A stretch of DNA of 64,000 nt, from assembly GCA_965227755.1 (NCBI GenBank), contig CBDDGG010000003.1:220742-284741 (forward strand). The letters run 5' to 3'. This DNA is from Dyadobacter sp. (GTDB lineage Bacteria > Bacteroidota > Bacteroidia > Cytophagales > Spirosomataceae). The position numbers and the translations under genes are program-made. Positions 10,021 to 18,115 of the stretch are shown one piece after another; positions within the stretch are counted from its first letter, which is position 1; each line of letters begins with the position of its first letter. The notes under the pieces were generated by a model. It saw only the letters and a list, made by a program, of their open reading frames with translations, had not been told where the DNA came from and made no database searches.

Positions 10021-10050
10021 GCGATGTTGGTTGACCATTTTCTGGCCCCA

Positions 10051-10710
10051 TTAATACGCTACCTCCACCGTGGCCTTGATGATTTGCTGGTTGCCTACAT
10101 TATGCAGGATGAAATGAGCCAGGTCAGCCCGTGATATTTTCAGGCCGTTGGACAGAAAATGATTTACCTCAAAGCGATAATTGCCTGTCAGTACATTATC
10201 TGTAAGCTGAGGAGGACGCATAATCGTCCAATCCAGCCCGCTTTGCTTTACGATCTCTTCCATTTTCCACAGATCGGCATACATATGTCTCAGAATCTTT
10301 TGTAGGACAAACCTGGTCGCAAGCCGTATCAGCAAGGAATGTGTCGGATTAATTTCCAGGCCGGAGGCGGAAATGAAAAACACCCTTTTTGAATTGGTAT
10401 TTTTTAGCAGCTCAATAAGGTTGTTGCTTCCCTGGGAGTATAATGTCGTTTGCTTTACCGAGTTCTTGCCGATAGCAGAGACGACCGCGTCTTTGTTTTC
10501 CAGATGCGCTGCGATGGATCCCGGATTCAGGATATCCCCTTTTACGATAACAAGATTCTCGTGTTGAAGAACCATATTCGCCGGGTTTCGTAGAATGGCG
10601 GTCACTTTGTGGCCTTCTTTCAGGGCCAGCTCTACCACTTGCCGGCCAATTCCACCATTGGCCCCCAGCACGGCTATTTCATAACCAGTACTTTCTTGAC
10701 TATTTTTCAT
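10051..10710 (-). CDS. NAD(P)H-binding atypical-SDR / flavin-reductase-like oxidoreductase
   Basis: 219-aa ORF with an N-terminal Rossmann motif IAVLGANGGIGRQVVELALKEGHKVTAILRN. Size and pattern match the NAD(P)-binding NmrA/BVR-B-like group. Confidence 0.8.
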   Translation of the reverse strand: MKNSQESTGYEIAVLGANGGIGRQVVELALKEGHKVTAILRNPANMVLQHENLVIVKGDILNPGSIAAHLENKDAVVSAIGKNSVKQTTLYSQGSNNLIELLKNTNSKRVFFISASGLEINPTHSLLIRLATRFVLQKILRHMYADLWKMEEIVKQSGLDWTIMRPPQLTDNVLTGNYRFEVNHFLSNGLKISRADLAHFILHNVGNQQIIKATVEVAY

Positions 10711-10843
10711 AACTAAACAACAATGTGATTTTGTTTTTAATGAGCTGATGATCAGAGTTGATCCGGAAAGCTATATTCCAAAAGGCACACTAAGGGCAAA
10801 TCCGACCCATCGTGAAAAACTGTGTTTCCGGTGGTTTTGCTTT

Positions 10844-11323
10844 TCAAACAAACTTAAAAATGCTGAGGGTATAAATGACCAGGAATAGTGTCAGCTGTAC
10901 CAAATGTACAGCCTGAATATAGCCCCGTATCCTGAGCGTCGATGGCGTGCTATCATACACCGGTCCCATTGCATGAAGCAACTTACTTAGCCTGGAACCC
11001 AATATCCTTCGTATGCCCAAACCGTTGATGATGACCAGGATCACCAGACCGAATTTGATCCGAAACCAGAGTTGAACGCCCCAGGCTTCGTGCAGATAAT
11101 ACATCATTACTACACCCCCGATAATGATGATCAGCATGCCGATGCCCATGATTTTCTGATAGTTCGATATCGTTCCCCAGATTACCAACCCCTTCGCTTT
11201 ATCTGACGGGACCGTTTTCCAGAATTGTCTGAAAGTAGTGTATTCAACAACAGTAGCGCCGGCCATCAGCGTAATGCCTACAATGTGCATTACCAGGGCC
11301 AGGTTGTAAATAGTTGGGTTCAT
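10844..11323 (-). CDS. small polytopic (about 4 TM) membrane protein, function unknown
   Basis: ORF track gives 10844-11395. I prefer the internal ATG at 11323 (MNPTIYNLALVMHIVGITLMAG...) because the upstream 24 codons are AT-rich and non-hydrophobic. Four hydrophobic segments are visible by eye. Confidence 0.6.
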   Translation of the reverse strand: MNPTIYNLALVMHIVGITLMAGATVVEYTTFRQFWKTVPSDKAKGLVIWGTISNYQKIMGIGMLIIIIGGVVMMYYLHEAWGVQLWFRIKFGLVILVIINGLGIRRILGSRLSKLLHAMGPVYDSTPSTLRIRGYIQAVHLVQLTLFLVIYTLSIFKFV

Positions 11324-11461
11324 AGCGTTTTCAGTTTGACAGTTTTTTAGTTTTTTAACTACGATAGCGAAGTTTATTTTCCAAATATACTTCAAAAACG
11401 ATGTAATATATCAATGCCGAAATATTTTTTTTATTTTTGCTACGTAACCGTAATAAATGAT

Positions 11462-12106
11462 ATGAATAAGACTGTCGAGCTTGTCAACGAATGGGCTGCG
11501 TTTGAGACGGGCCATCCGGACGGGAACATTGAAGAATTTTGCAGGTATTACCTGGCCAGGAACAAAAAGCAGGAGGTGAAGGGGCCTTTGGTGGGTGGCG
11601 TAGTGCCCCCGCTGATTGACGGTCTTCTGCTGAAAATCATCGGCAGGATATCAAAATTGAATATGTCCTACGCAAACCTGGCCCTTAAGGGAACCGGGCT
11701 GAACCAGATCGAAGAATTCGGGATGCTGGTCACCATCAGCCTTGAAAAGAACCCAAGGAAAACGGATGTGATCTATGCCAATTTATTTGAACTGTCGAGC
11801 GGAACGGATATGCTGAACCGAATGAAAAACCGTGGTCTGATTACAGAGTATGACGATCAGGAAGACAAGCGGGCCAAGCGAATCGAACTTACACCCGAAG
11901 GTGTACAGGTAGTCGAGCAATGCTATCAGCGGATCAGTATGAATGCCAGAATGATTGCGAACGACCTGAGCCCGGACGATAAAGAGCTTTGTATTCAGCT
12001 TTTGAAAGGAATCGAAATGAAGTTTTCAGCCTTGTGGCCACAGCACAAGGGAAAACCTTTTGAGACGGTTTATGAAAGCGTGATGAGTAGTGCGTTAACA
12101 GCCTAA
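11462..12106 (+). CDS. MarR-family winged-helix regulator with ~50-aa N-terminal extension (paralog of 22508-23230)
   Basis: Preferred start is the ATG at 11462 (MNKTVELVNEWAAFETGHPDG...). MarR-like core: ...NLFELSSGTDMLNRMKNRGLITEYDDQEDKRAKRIELTPEGVQVV. The N-terminus aligns by eye with MKPVVELISEWDSYQETHPDA... of the paralog. Confidence 0.75.
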   Translation: MNKTVELVNEWAAFETGHPDGNIEEFCRYYLARNKKQEVKGPLVGGVVPPLIDGLLLKIIGRISKLNMSYANLALKGTGLNQIEEFGMLVTISLEKNPRKTDVIYANLFELSSGTDMLNRMKNRGLITEYDDQEDKRAKRIELTPEGVQVVEQCYQRISMNARMIANDLSPDDKELCIQLLKGIEMKFSALWPQHKGKPFETVYESVMSSALTA

Positions 12107-12112
12107 ATATTA

Positions 12113-12571
12113 TTAGGAAAATTGTCTCGCAAAAAGAATAAAATCGGTTCCAGGCGGTGTCATTCCCAGCCCGCGAATAAGATAGATGATCTGACCACGG
12201 TGATAGGTTGAGTGGTTGACTAAATGTGTCAGAACGTCCGCCAGGTTATCCAGGTATGGATCCCCGGCCATGCTTTTATATGCCAACTTAGCATGAAAAT
12301 CAGTATCCCGCAGGTCGTTCAGGTGCGAAAGCCAAAGTGCCCCGTTCTCTGCAAACTTAGATCCGAGGGATGAAGGCGGTAGCGGCGCCCAAAGCGGGAC
12401 ATCGTTTTGCTGGCCTATTACCCTGAAATACCAATTTCTTTGCGCATGAGCAAGATGAGAGGCAAGCAGCAGGACTTGTTCATCAATTATTTCGTTTGTC
12501 GAAATGTAGTCGGCGACGGCCTTGTTCGCCCAATTGGTAAAGTTGAAGAAACGGATGAAATATTCTTTCAT
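12113..12571 (-). CDS. DinB-family (four-helix-bundle, His-triad) protein
   Basis: ORF track start (12601) is a TTG. I prefer the ATG at 12571 (MKEYFIRFFNFTNWANKAV...). DinB-like His motifs are present: LASHLAHAQRNW and LVNHSTYHRGQIIY. Confidence 0.8.
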   Translation of the reverse strand: MKEYFIRFFNFTNWANKAVADYISTNEIIDEQVLLLASHLAHAQRNWYFRVIGQQNDVPLWAPLPPSSLGSKFAENGALWLSHLNDLRDTDFHAKLAYKSMAGDPYLDNLADVLTHLVNHSTYHRGQIIYLIRGLGMTPPGTDFILFARQFS

Positions 12572-12616
12572 AGCGGTTAAAGATGGTGATTTTCGATTCA
12601 AGACGCACCCTATAAT

Positions 12617-12632
12617 TTAACGAATTCGTTAA
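12617..12632. promoter_or_regulatory. 16-bp perfect palindrome TTAACGAATTCGTTAA in the DinB-gene leader (candidate operator)
   Basis: Read directly: 12617-12632 equals its own reverse complement. It lies 46-61 nt upstream of the ATG at 12571 and just downstream of a minus-strand TATATTTG box. Confidence 0.45.
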
Positions 12633-12646
12633 CTGGAATTACTGAG

Positions 12647-12654
12647 CAAATATA
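12647..12654 (-). promoter_or_regulatory. candidate Bacteroidota -7 promoter box TATATTTG (TAnnTTTG) for the DinB-family gene
   Basis: Plus strand CAAATATA at 12647-12654 reads TATATTTG on the minus strand. It sits in the 69-nt gap between the deacetylase stop and the DinB start region. Confidence 0.35.
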
Positions 12655-12670
12655 AGTCATCCCGGACCGT

Positions 12671-13525
12671 CTACTTTCCTTTGAGCGGATAGTCGTTCAA
12701 ACGCACAAAGGTGTAGCCGGATTTGAGTAGGGCGGGAATGACGTTTTGCAGTGCCTCGTATGAATTCCACTCGGGATGGTTGAAATGCATGATAATCAGC
12801 GCCCCCGGGCGGACATGCTTCATAATATTGTTTTCGATGATTTCCCTTGGGGTGTTGGGTACGGCATCGCCTGAAAGTACATCAAAACTGATCATGGTAA
12901 CACCCAGCTCACGTGCGATCTTGGCGCATGCTTCATCGGTGTATGCCGTCGCCGACCGGAAGAATAGGGGCCTTCTGCCGGTAATAGCCATTATTTTTCG
13001 TTCGTTTGCCTCAATTTCATCAAGCGCGTCGGGCACATCGGGGGTGCCTTTGATACCGTACTCGCTTTCGCCGTCAACAGAACAGGGATGGTGGTTCAGG
13101 CCGTGGTTTTCCATTTCGAAAAGGCTGTTCCTGCTCAATTTGAGGAAAGTATCGTAATTGGCGTCGATCCATTTACCGGTAACAAAAAGGGTGGCGGGGA
13201 TTTTCATTTTCTCGAGATAACCGATCAATTCTGCGTCATAGGCACTCCCATGAGGGCCCCCACAAGCGTCGAAGGTCAGGGCCAGTAGTTTTTTGTCAGT
13301 GATAATGTCTTCGTCAACGCCCTTTACAAACTCGCCCCAGCTGCCCGGCTTAGTGTGTGCAAACTCGGCGGAAACCTTCTGCTTAGCGTCCAGATAGGAT
13401 GCGTCGAGGTACAGCTGTTTCAGATACCGGTCGTTCTGTAAGGTCGCAGGAGCGGTCTGGGCCAGGGATGGAAGCTGGGTCAAAAGACAAAATCCGAGTG
13501 TGAAGAGTCTTGCTTTCATTGGCAT
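12671..13525 (-). CDS. secreted polysaccharide deacetylase (CE4-like) family protein
   Basis: 284-aa ORF with signal peptide MPMKARLFTLGFCLLTQLPSLAQ. Deacetylase-type motifs: LTFDACGG, ENHGLNHHP, LIIMHFNHPE. Confidence 0.8.
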   Translation of the reverse strand: MPMKARLFTLGFCLLTQLPSLAQTAPATLQNDRYLKQLYLDASYLDAKQKVSAEFAHTKPGSWGEFVKGVDEDIITDKKLLALTFDACGGPHGSAYDAELIGYLEKMKIPATLFVTGKWIDANYDTFLKLSRNSLFEMENHGLNHHPCSVDGESEYGIKGTPDVPDALDEIEANERKIMAITGRRPLFFRSATAYTDEACAKIARELGVTMISFDVLSGDAVPNTPREIIENNIMKHVRPGALIIMHFNHPEWNSYEALQNVIPALLKSGYTFVRLNDYPLKGK

Positions 13526-13732
13526 AATGAGGCTTTGATAATTCTAAAATAGCAATTTTTTGGTCAGCAAAGACTGGCAGGTGCCTGCGCTGCGACCGGT
13601 GCCTGTTGCCCGGCGAAAATAATGTACTGGCCACAGTCTGGGCCGGTCAGCTCGCAACGGAACCAGTTAGGCAACCTTTCTGACGAGGCATCCTGCTATA
13701 TTGCAACGATTATTGCTCCTGTGAAATCTTCA

Positions 13733-15034
13733 ATGAAAAAATACAATCTGCAACTTGGTGCGTCGATCGCGGCGGTATTAACCCTATCCATACTGCCTGT
13801 CCGGCTTTCGGAAGGCCAGAGTGCCGACCCTGTAAATCTGATTGGTTCAGAGATAGTTATATGGCTGCTGTGCATGTCAATCTGGCTGGCAAGCTATCGC
13901 ACTTATTACAGGACGAATTTAGTCAAATGGCAGAGAATCGCTGTTTCACTGGTTTTTTGCGCGGCTCTTTCCAATCTGTTCTACTACTTATCGAACCCAT
14001 TTTTCGAGGACTATCCGCTTAAACCAATCCGTGAACTTCCATTTTGGATAGCCGTGATCCGTCTTTCGGTGCGTGGCCTGTTAGTGGGACTTTTCATGAT
14101 TCCTGTTATTTACCTGGTTGAAATTCAGCGTCAGAGGCAAATGGAAGAGTTGCAAAGGGAAAGAGACCGTGCGATTGAGGCTGAGAAGCAAAAATATCTG
14201 CTTGAATTGCTCGTCTCGGAACGGACTGCGGAATTAGAGCAAACACTTTCGGTACTGAGCCTCTCACAAGATGAGCTGGATCATCAGGTATACCTTCTGA
14301 CGCGCGTCGTTGCATCGATCGCCCATGATGTTAATGCTCCACTGAAGTTTATCATCGCAGGCGCCGAGCTTACAGGTAAGCTCATACGCGAAAAGCAATT
14401 AGAGCAGGCAGCAGCCTACAACCGGCAACTCGAACAGGCGCTGGGTAATATGGCGACATTTATGGGAAATCTGCTTGATTTCGCGAAAGGTCAGATTCGC
14501 AGGGGTGCGCTGAACATTGGAAATGTGAATCTGGCGGCTTTGATCGGTGAAAAGGCAGGCCTATTTGCGCAGATTCTGTCGGCGAAGGGCAATACGCTAC
14601 ACCTTGCCGTGGACGAAAATCTGACCGTCGCCAACAATTCTCACTTGCTTGGCGTGATCCTGCATAACCTGCTCGACAACGCGGCAAAAAACACGGAGAA
14701 AGGCGAAATTGAAATATTATCAGCTATTGTAGAAGACCGGCTGCACCTGTGTATTCAAAACGAGGTTCTGGGCGCGCACGCGGATGAAAGCGTGCAAAAA
14801 GACCTGCAGAACCGACTTGATTTGGATATTGCCGACATGGGGAAAGACGGCGACGGGTTAGGCCTGGTGTTGGTAAGGGATATTTCGGCACTTTTAAATG
14901 TCGAATTTTTGATCGAAATGGCTGCCGGAAAGGTGATAGCCAGAATTGTCTTTCCCGAGTTTTCTGGCCCAGGGGGCAATTCGGCCCTGGCTGGCGAACG
15001 CGCGAATATTCCCCGCAAAGCACCAATGAGCTGA
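13733..15034 (+). CDS. membrane-bound sensor histidine kinase (no adjacent response regulator)
   Basis: Preferred start is the ATG at 13733 (MKKYNLQLGASIAAVL...). It has several TM segments, a coiled-coil linker, an H-box VASIAHDVNAPLKF, and an HATPase region (LHNLLDNAAKNT ... GDGLGLVLV). Confidence 0.8.
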   Translation: MKKYNLQLGASIAAVLTLSILPVRLSEGQSADPVNLIGSEIVIWLLCMSIWLASYRTYYRTNLVKWQRIAVSLVFCAALSNLFYYLSNPFFEDYPLKPIRELPFWIAVIRLSVRGLLVGLFMIPVIYLVEIQRQRQMEELQRERDRAIEAEKQKYLLELLVSERTAELEQTLSVLSLSQDELDHQVYLLTRVVASIAHDVNAPLKFIIAGAELTGKLIREKQLEQAAAYNRQLEQALGNMATFMGNLLDFAKGQIRRGALNIGNVNLAALIGEKAGLFAQILSAKGNTLHLAVDENLTVANNSHLLGVILHNLLDNAAKNTEKGEIEILSAIVEDRLHLCIQNEVLGAHADESVQKDLQNRLDLDIADMGKDGDGLGLVLVRDISALLNVEFLIEMAAGKVIARIVFPEFSGPGGNSALAGERANIPRKAPMS

Positions 15035-15038
15035 TCTC

Positions 15039-15293
15039 TTAACGAACAGTATCCCTGCGGCTTATTTCCGCCTGAATGCCTTTCAGGTGCTGTGAATTCC
15101 TGTAACCAATCAGAAAAGAGACAAATAACAGCAAAACCGTAAGGAAAAACCCTTTATGTGTAGCAGCGTAAACAGCAATGCCAATTAACAAGCCTATGAA
15201 TACAGCCGTAGCAATTTTTTGTGACTTTACTTTTTTTTCTTCCGACACTAATTCTTCAAGTGTCATTTTAGAGTAGTCTTTAATTGAAAACAT
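15039..15293 (-). CDS. small two-TM membrane protein, function unknown
   Basis: 84-aa ORF (alternative start Met10 at 15266). It has two clear hydrophobic helices: IATAVFIGLLIGIAVYAA and FFLTVLLLFVSFLIGY. It is convergent with the kinase gene, 4 nt apart. Confidence 0.5.
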   Translation of the reverse strand: MFSIKDYSKMTLEELVSEEKKVKSQKIATAVFIGLLIGIAVYAATHKGFFLTVLLLFVSFLIGYRNSQHLKGIQAEISRRDTVR

Positions 15294-15394
15294 AATACGG
15301 CTCTGAATTTCGTGTCATTGGGTGAATCTGACTTTCAGAAGCAAAGAAATCTCTTTTGCCGTAAAATGACAAGTACTGTGAATGCAATGCACGG

Positions 15395-15435
15395 GCATAT
15401 CCGCTGGCCGGAAGGCGATGGCCCAGCGGATATGC
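15395..15435. repeat. perfect 13-bp inverted repeat (GCATATCCGCTGG / CCAGCGGATATGC) with a 15-nt loop
   Basis: Read directly: 15395-15407 pairs with 15423-15435. It lies in the 194-nt gap downstream of the SDR gene (minus strand). There is no T-tract on either side. Confidence 0.6.
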
Positions 15436-15487
15436 TCGGTGTGGAGAACGCAAAAACTGACGATCACCCACATCAAAGCGAGGGATA

Positions 15488-16291
15488 CTAGCCCAGCAAA
15501 GAGCGCATCTTTCTTTGAATCAGATCGGCCGCATATTTGGGACTTAACCGGTACAGTTTGTCCATTACCCAGGCGTCCCGACCCACCACCACGCGAAATT
15601 TATCCTTCTCAATGGCACGAAGTATCTGACGGGCAGCTTCCCCGGGCGGTATGGGTTTGAATTTGGATTCGCCGCCCGCATCTGCTTTGGGGGCATTCAG
15701 GCCCGAGTTCTGCATAATGTTGGTGGCAACAGCCCCCGGAAAAACGACCGTTACTTTCACCTGGGTATCTTTGAGCTCGGCATACAACCCCTCGGTGAGC
15801 AGTTTGACAGCCGCCTTGGCAGCGCCGTAGAGCGTCTGGCCAGGCACCGGCAGAAAGCCGCCCATGCTCGACACATTGGCGATATGCGCTTCCGGCCGTG
15901 CCAGCAGAAGAGGCAAAAATGCTTTGGTCAGGTAGAGCGTGCCGTAGAAATTAACGGCCATGACACGGTCGATATCCTCCATCTTCAGTTCAAGGATGGG
16001 ACGGAATGGCTGAATGATACCGGCATTGTTGATGATCCCGTCGACCGTGCCGAAATGGGCGAGCACTTCGACCGGTAACGCGCTTACTCTTTCCAGATTG
16101 GTAATGTCTGCCTGGAAGCCTTTGAATTGACCCGGGCCCAAAGCTGCCAGCCGCCTGGTTTCATCAAGCGCATTGGAATTGATATCCACGCCCGCAACGT
16201 TGGCTCCGCGTTGCAGCAGCTGCAAGCTCAGCTCCCGACCGATGCCGCTTCCGGCACCGGTTACAACAATCGTTTTGTTCGCTAATTGCAT
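15488..16291 (-). CDS. classical short-chain dehydrogenase/reductase (SDR)
   Basis: 267-aa ORF with TGAGSGIGR cofactor motif, NNAG, and S...YGAAK catalytic motif. It lies 18 nt downstream of the preceding gene on the same strand. Confidence 0.9.
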   Translation of the reverse strand: MQLANKTIVVTGAGSGIGRELSLQLLQRGANVAGVDINSNALDETRRLAALGPGQFKGFQADITNLERVSALPVEVLAHFGTVDGIINNAGIIQPFRPILELKMEDIDRVMAVNFYGTLYLTKAFLPLLLARPEAHIANVSSMGGFLPVPGQTLYGAAKAAVKLLTEGLYAELKDTQVKVTVVFPGAVATNIMQNSGLNAPKADAGGESKFKPIPPGEAARQILRAIEKDKFRVVVGRDAWVMDKLYRLSPKYAADLIQRKMRSLLG

Positions 16292-16309
16292 AGAGTTTTT
16301 GGTTGAGGA

Positions 16310-18013
16310 TTACCGAAGCTCACCCGGCACGCCGGTTGGCAGGCCTTTGGAAAGATCCACCTCGATTTTGTGGTTGTCGAGTTGTGTCCGAATGATGCCT
16401 GAGCCGTGGCTTTTGCCGGTAAACTTCGCATTGTCGACTTTCAGAAACCCTTTGTGTTTGCCTGTGACCGTAATGTCCGCGTTCCAGTTTGCATCCCAAA
16501 ACGTTTTCTGGCTGATCGTTTCGGAGCCATTCAGCACATATTCCCCATCATCAGAAAAATTGACATATTCAATTTTAAGTACCGTAGCTTCGGAAGGCGA
16601 TGCCGGTTTTTGCGTGCTTACATTGGCATGGCCGGAAACCAACCCGATCAATTTTCCTTCGGTAGGCTGGGATGCATCGAGCGGCTTGATCTTTTCCAGG
16701 TCCGTTGCCCATTCCATTTTTGGGGTCACGATTTTAAGCGGGGTAGTCGGCTTTCTTGATGTAAATGTAATCATCCGCAGACGACCCATTGCTTCCCCTT
16801 TTTTTACCTTTTTAGGATCTCTCTGTTCCCAGAAAACCCCGCGGGTGCTGCTTGGGTGCCAGGTTAAGTTGCCAAAATGATTGTACTCGGTCAGGTTATC
16901 GGATGCGGTTGTAAGGTTTTGGCCGGTGTATCCGTCCTCGGGTAGGCGGGTCCGGTCGCCATATTGGTCGGTCATGGTCAGGCCATAATACCGTCTGGCA
17001 TCCCTGAACCCCTCCACTTCTTCATTCCGCCATTCGGCAACCCCCGGTGCCAGCGCATTATTGACGATCAGCGGGCGGGGGATCAGGCTGAACGCGTCCA
17101 TCCGGGTCGTATGCCGGTGTGACTGGAAAATTAACCACTTGCCATCCGGGGACGGGTATACACCTTCGTCGTAGCTGTAATGTCGGGTGAACCGGCTTAC
17201 ATCACCGGTCGTCAGATCGATTTTGGCGATATCGAAGTTCCCCGCCTCGAATGCGCTGATGGTTGTCAGGTAGCGACCCATACCTGTAAAGCTCTTTACT
17301 TCGCCGCCTCCAAAGAAGAAGGGCCTGAAATCGGGTGCGCCTGGCAGGGCTGTCTTCTCTCCGGAAATTACTTTGGTTTTAGCGAGTTCATAACGGTCCC
17401 CTTTTTCATCTGAAACGCGGGTTAGTTCGCTTACAAGTACCAGGGCGCTCGGCAATGGCCGGGCTACCAGAAGGGTATAAGCCACGTGAATGCCGTCCTG
17501 CGACATGTTACTGGCAATACGGGCGATCGTTTTTCCTCCCGGGACGGTAGGGTAGGTCAGGGGCAGGATCCGGGCTTGCTTGCAATCCAGGATAGACGGG
17601 CTGCATTCCAGAATGCCGGTTGGCGTGTAAACGCGCTTGCCATCGGGCAGCGGTACCGGCATTTCTCCACCAATGTTTTCCGGCAGATCACACGTCAGGC
17701 ATTTGAAACCTGTGCCGTCGTCTTTCATAACCGCCAGGTTCGATTTTTTCGCGCCAACCAGCGTGACCTCCATAATCAGGTGTTGGGCATCGGGCAGGTA
17801 GTTGACCAACACCGCGTCCAGCACGCTGGCGGGCAAGGGGATGGTCGAGACTTTGAATGGTTCGGGCCTGGGCGGGGGAGGAAGTTTGGGCGTAAGCGCG
17901 TAATTGGTTTGCTTATCGGGAGCCTTCTGCCCTTTGCTGACGGTCGGGAAATGCAGCAGGCACGCTACGCTGCAAGCCCACATCAGATGACTTAACTTTT
18001 TCATTTTAAACAT
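16310..18013 (-). CDS. secreted protein with PD40/TolB-like beta-propeller features, function unknown
   Basis: Preferred start is Met17/Met20 (MFKMKKLSHLMWACSVACLLHFPTVSKG, signal peptide). It has a PPPPRPEP linker, a PD40-like motif GVYPSPDGKWLIFQSHRH, and a C-terminal ~150-aa beta-rich region. I recognised no catalytic motif. Confidence 0.75.
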   Translation of the reverse strand: MFKMKKLSHLMWACSVACLLHFPTVSKGQKAPDKQTNYALTPKLPPPPRPEPFKVSTIPLPASVLDAVLVNYLPDAQHLIMEVTLVGAKKSNLAVMKDDGTGFKCLTCDLPENIGGEMPVPLPDGKRVYTPTGILECSPSILDCKQARILPLTYPTVPGGKTIARIASNMSQDGIHVAYTLLVARPLPSALVLVSELTRVSDEKGDRYELAKTKVISGEKTALPGAPDFRPFFFGGGEVKSFTGMGRYLTTISAFEAGNFDIAKIDLTTGDVSRFTRHYSYDEGVYPSPDGKWLIFQSHRHTTRMDAFSLIPRPLIVNNALAPGVAEWRNEEVEGFRDARRYYGLTMTDQYGDRTRLPEDGYTGQNLTTASDNLTEYNHFGNLTWHPSSTRGVFWEQRDPKKVKKGEAMGRLRMITFTSRKPTTPLKIVTPKMEWATDLEKIKPLDASQPTEGKLIGLVSGHANVSTQKPASPSEATVLKIEYVNFSDDGEYVLNGSETISQKTFWDANWNADITVTGKHKGFLKVDNAKFTGKSHGSGIIRTQLDNHKIEVDLSKGLPTGVPGELR

Positions 18014-18115
18014 TTGGTTTGATTTATAACAGGATTGTGAAATGGATGGTACAACCAGCATTCGCCTTTTGACCGGGTTTTGAGGGGATTGTCGCCCGTT
18101 TGTAATGGTTTTAGC

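Noticed and set aside
13580-13605. Direct repeat GGTGCCTG x2 (13580-13587 and 13598-13605) in the deacetylase/kinase divergent region
   Set aside because: It is only 8 nt, occurs twice, and sits in a GC-rich patch. It is easily a chance occurrence, with no supporting context.
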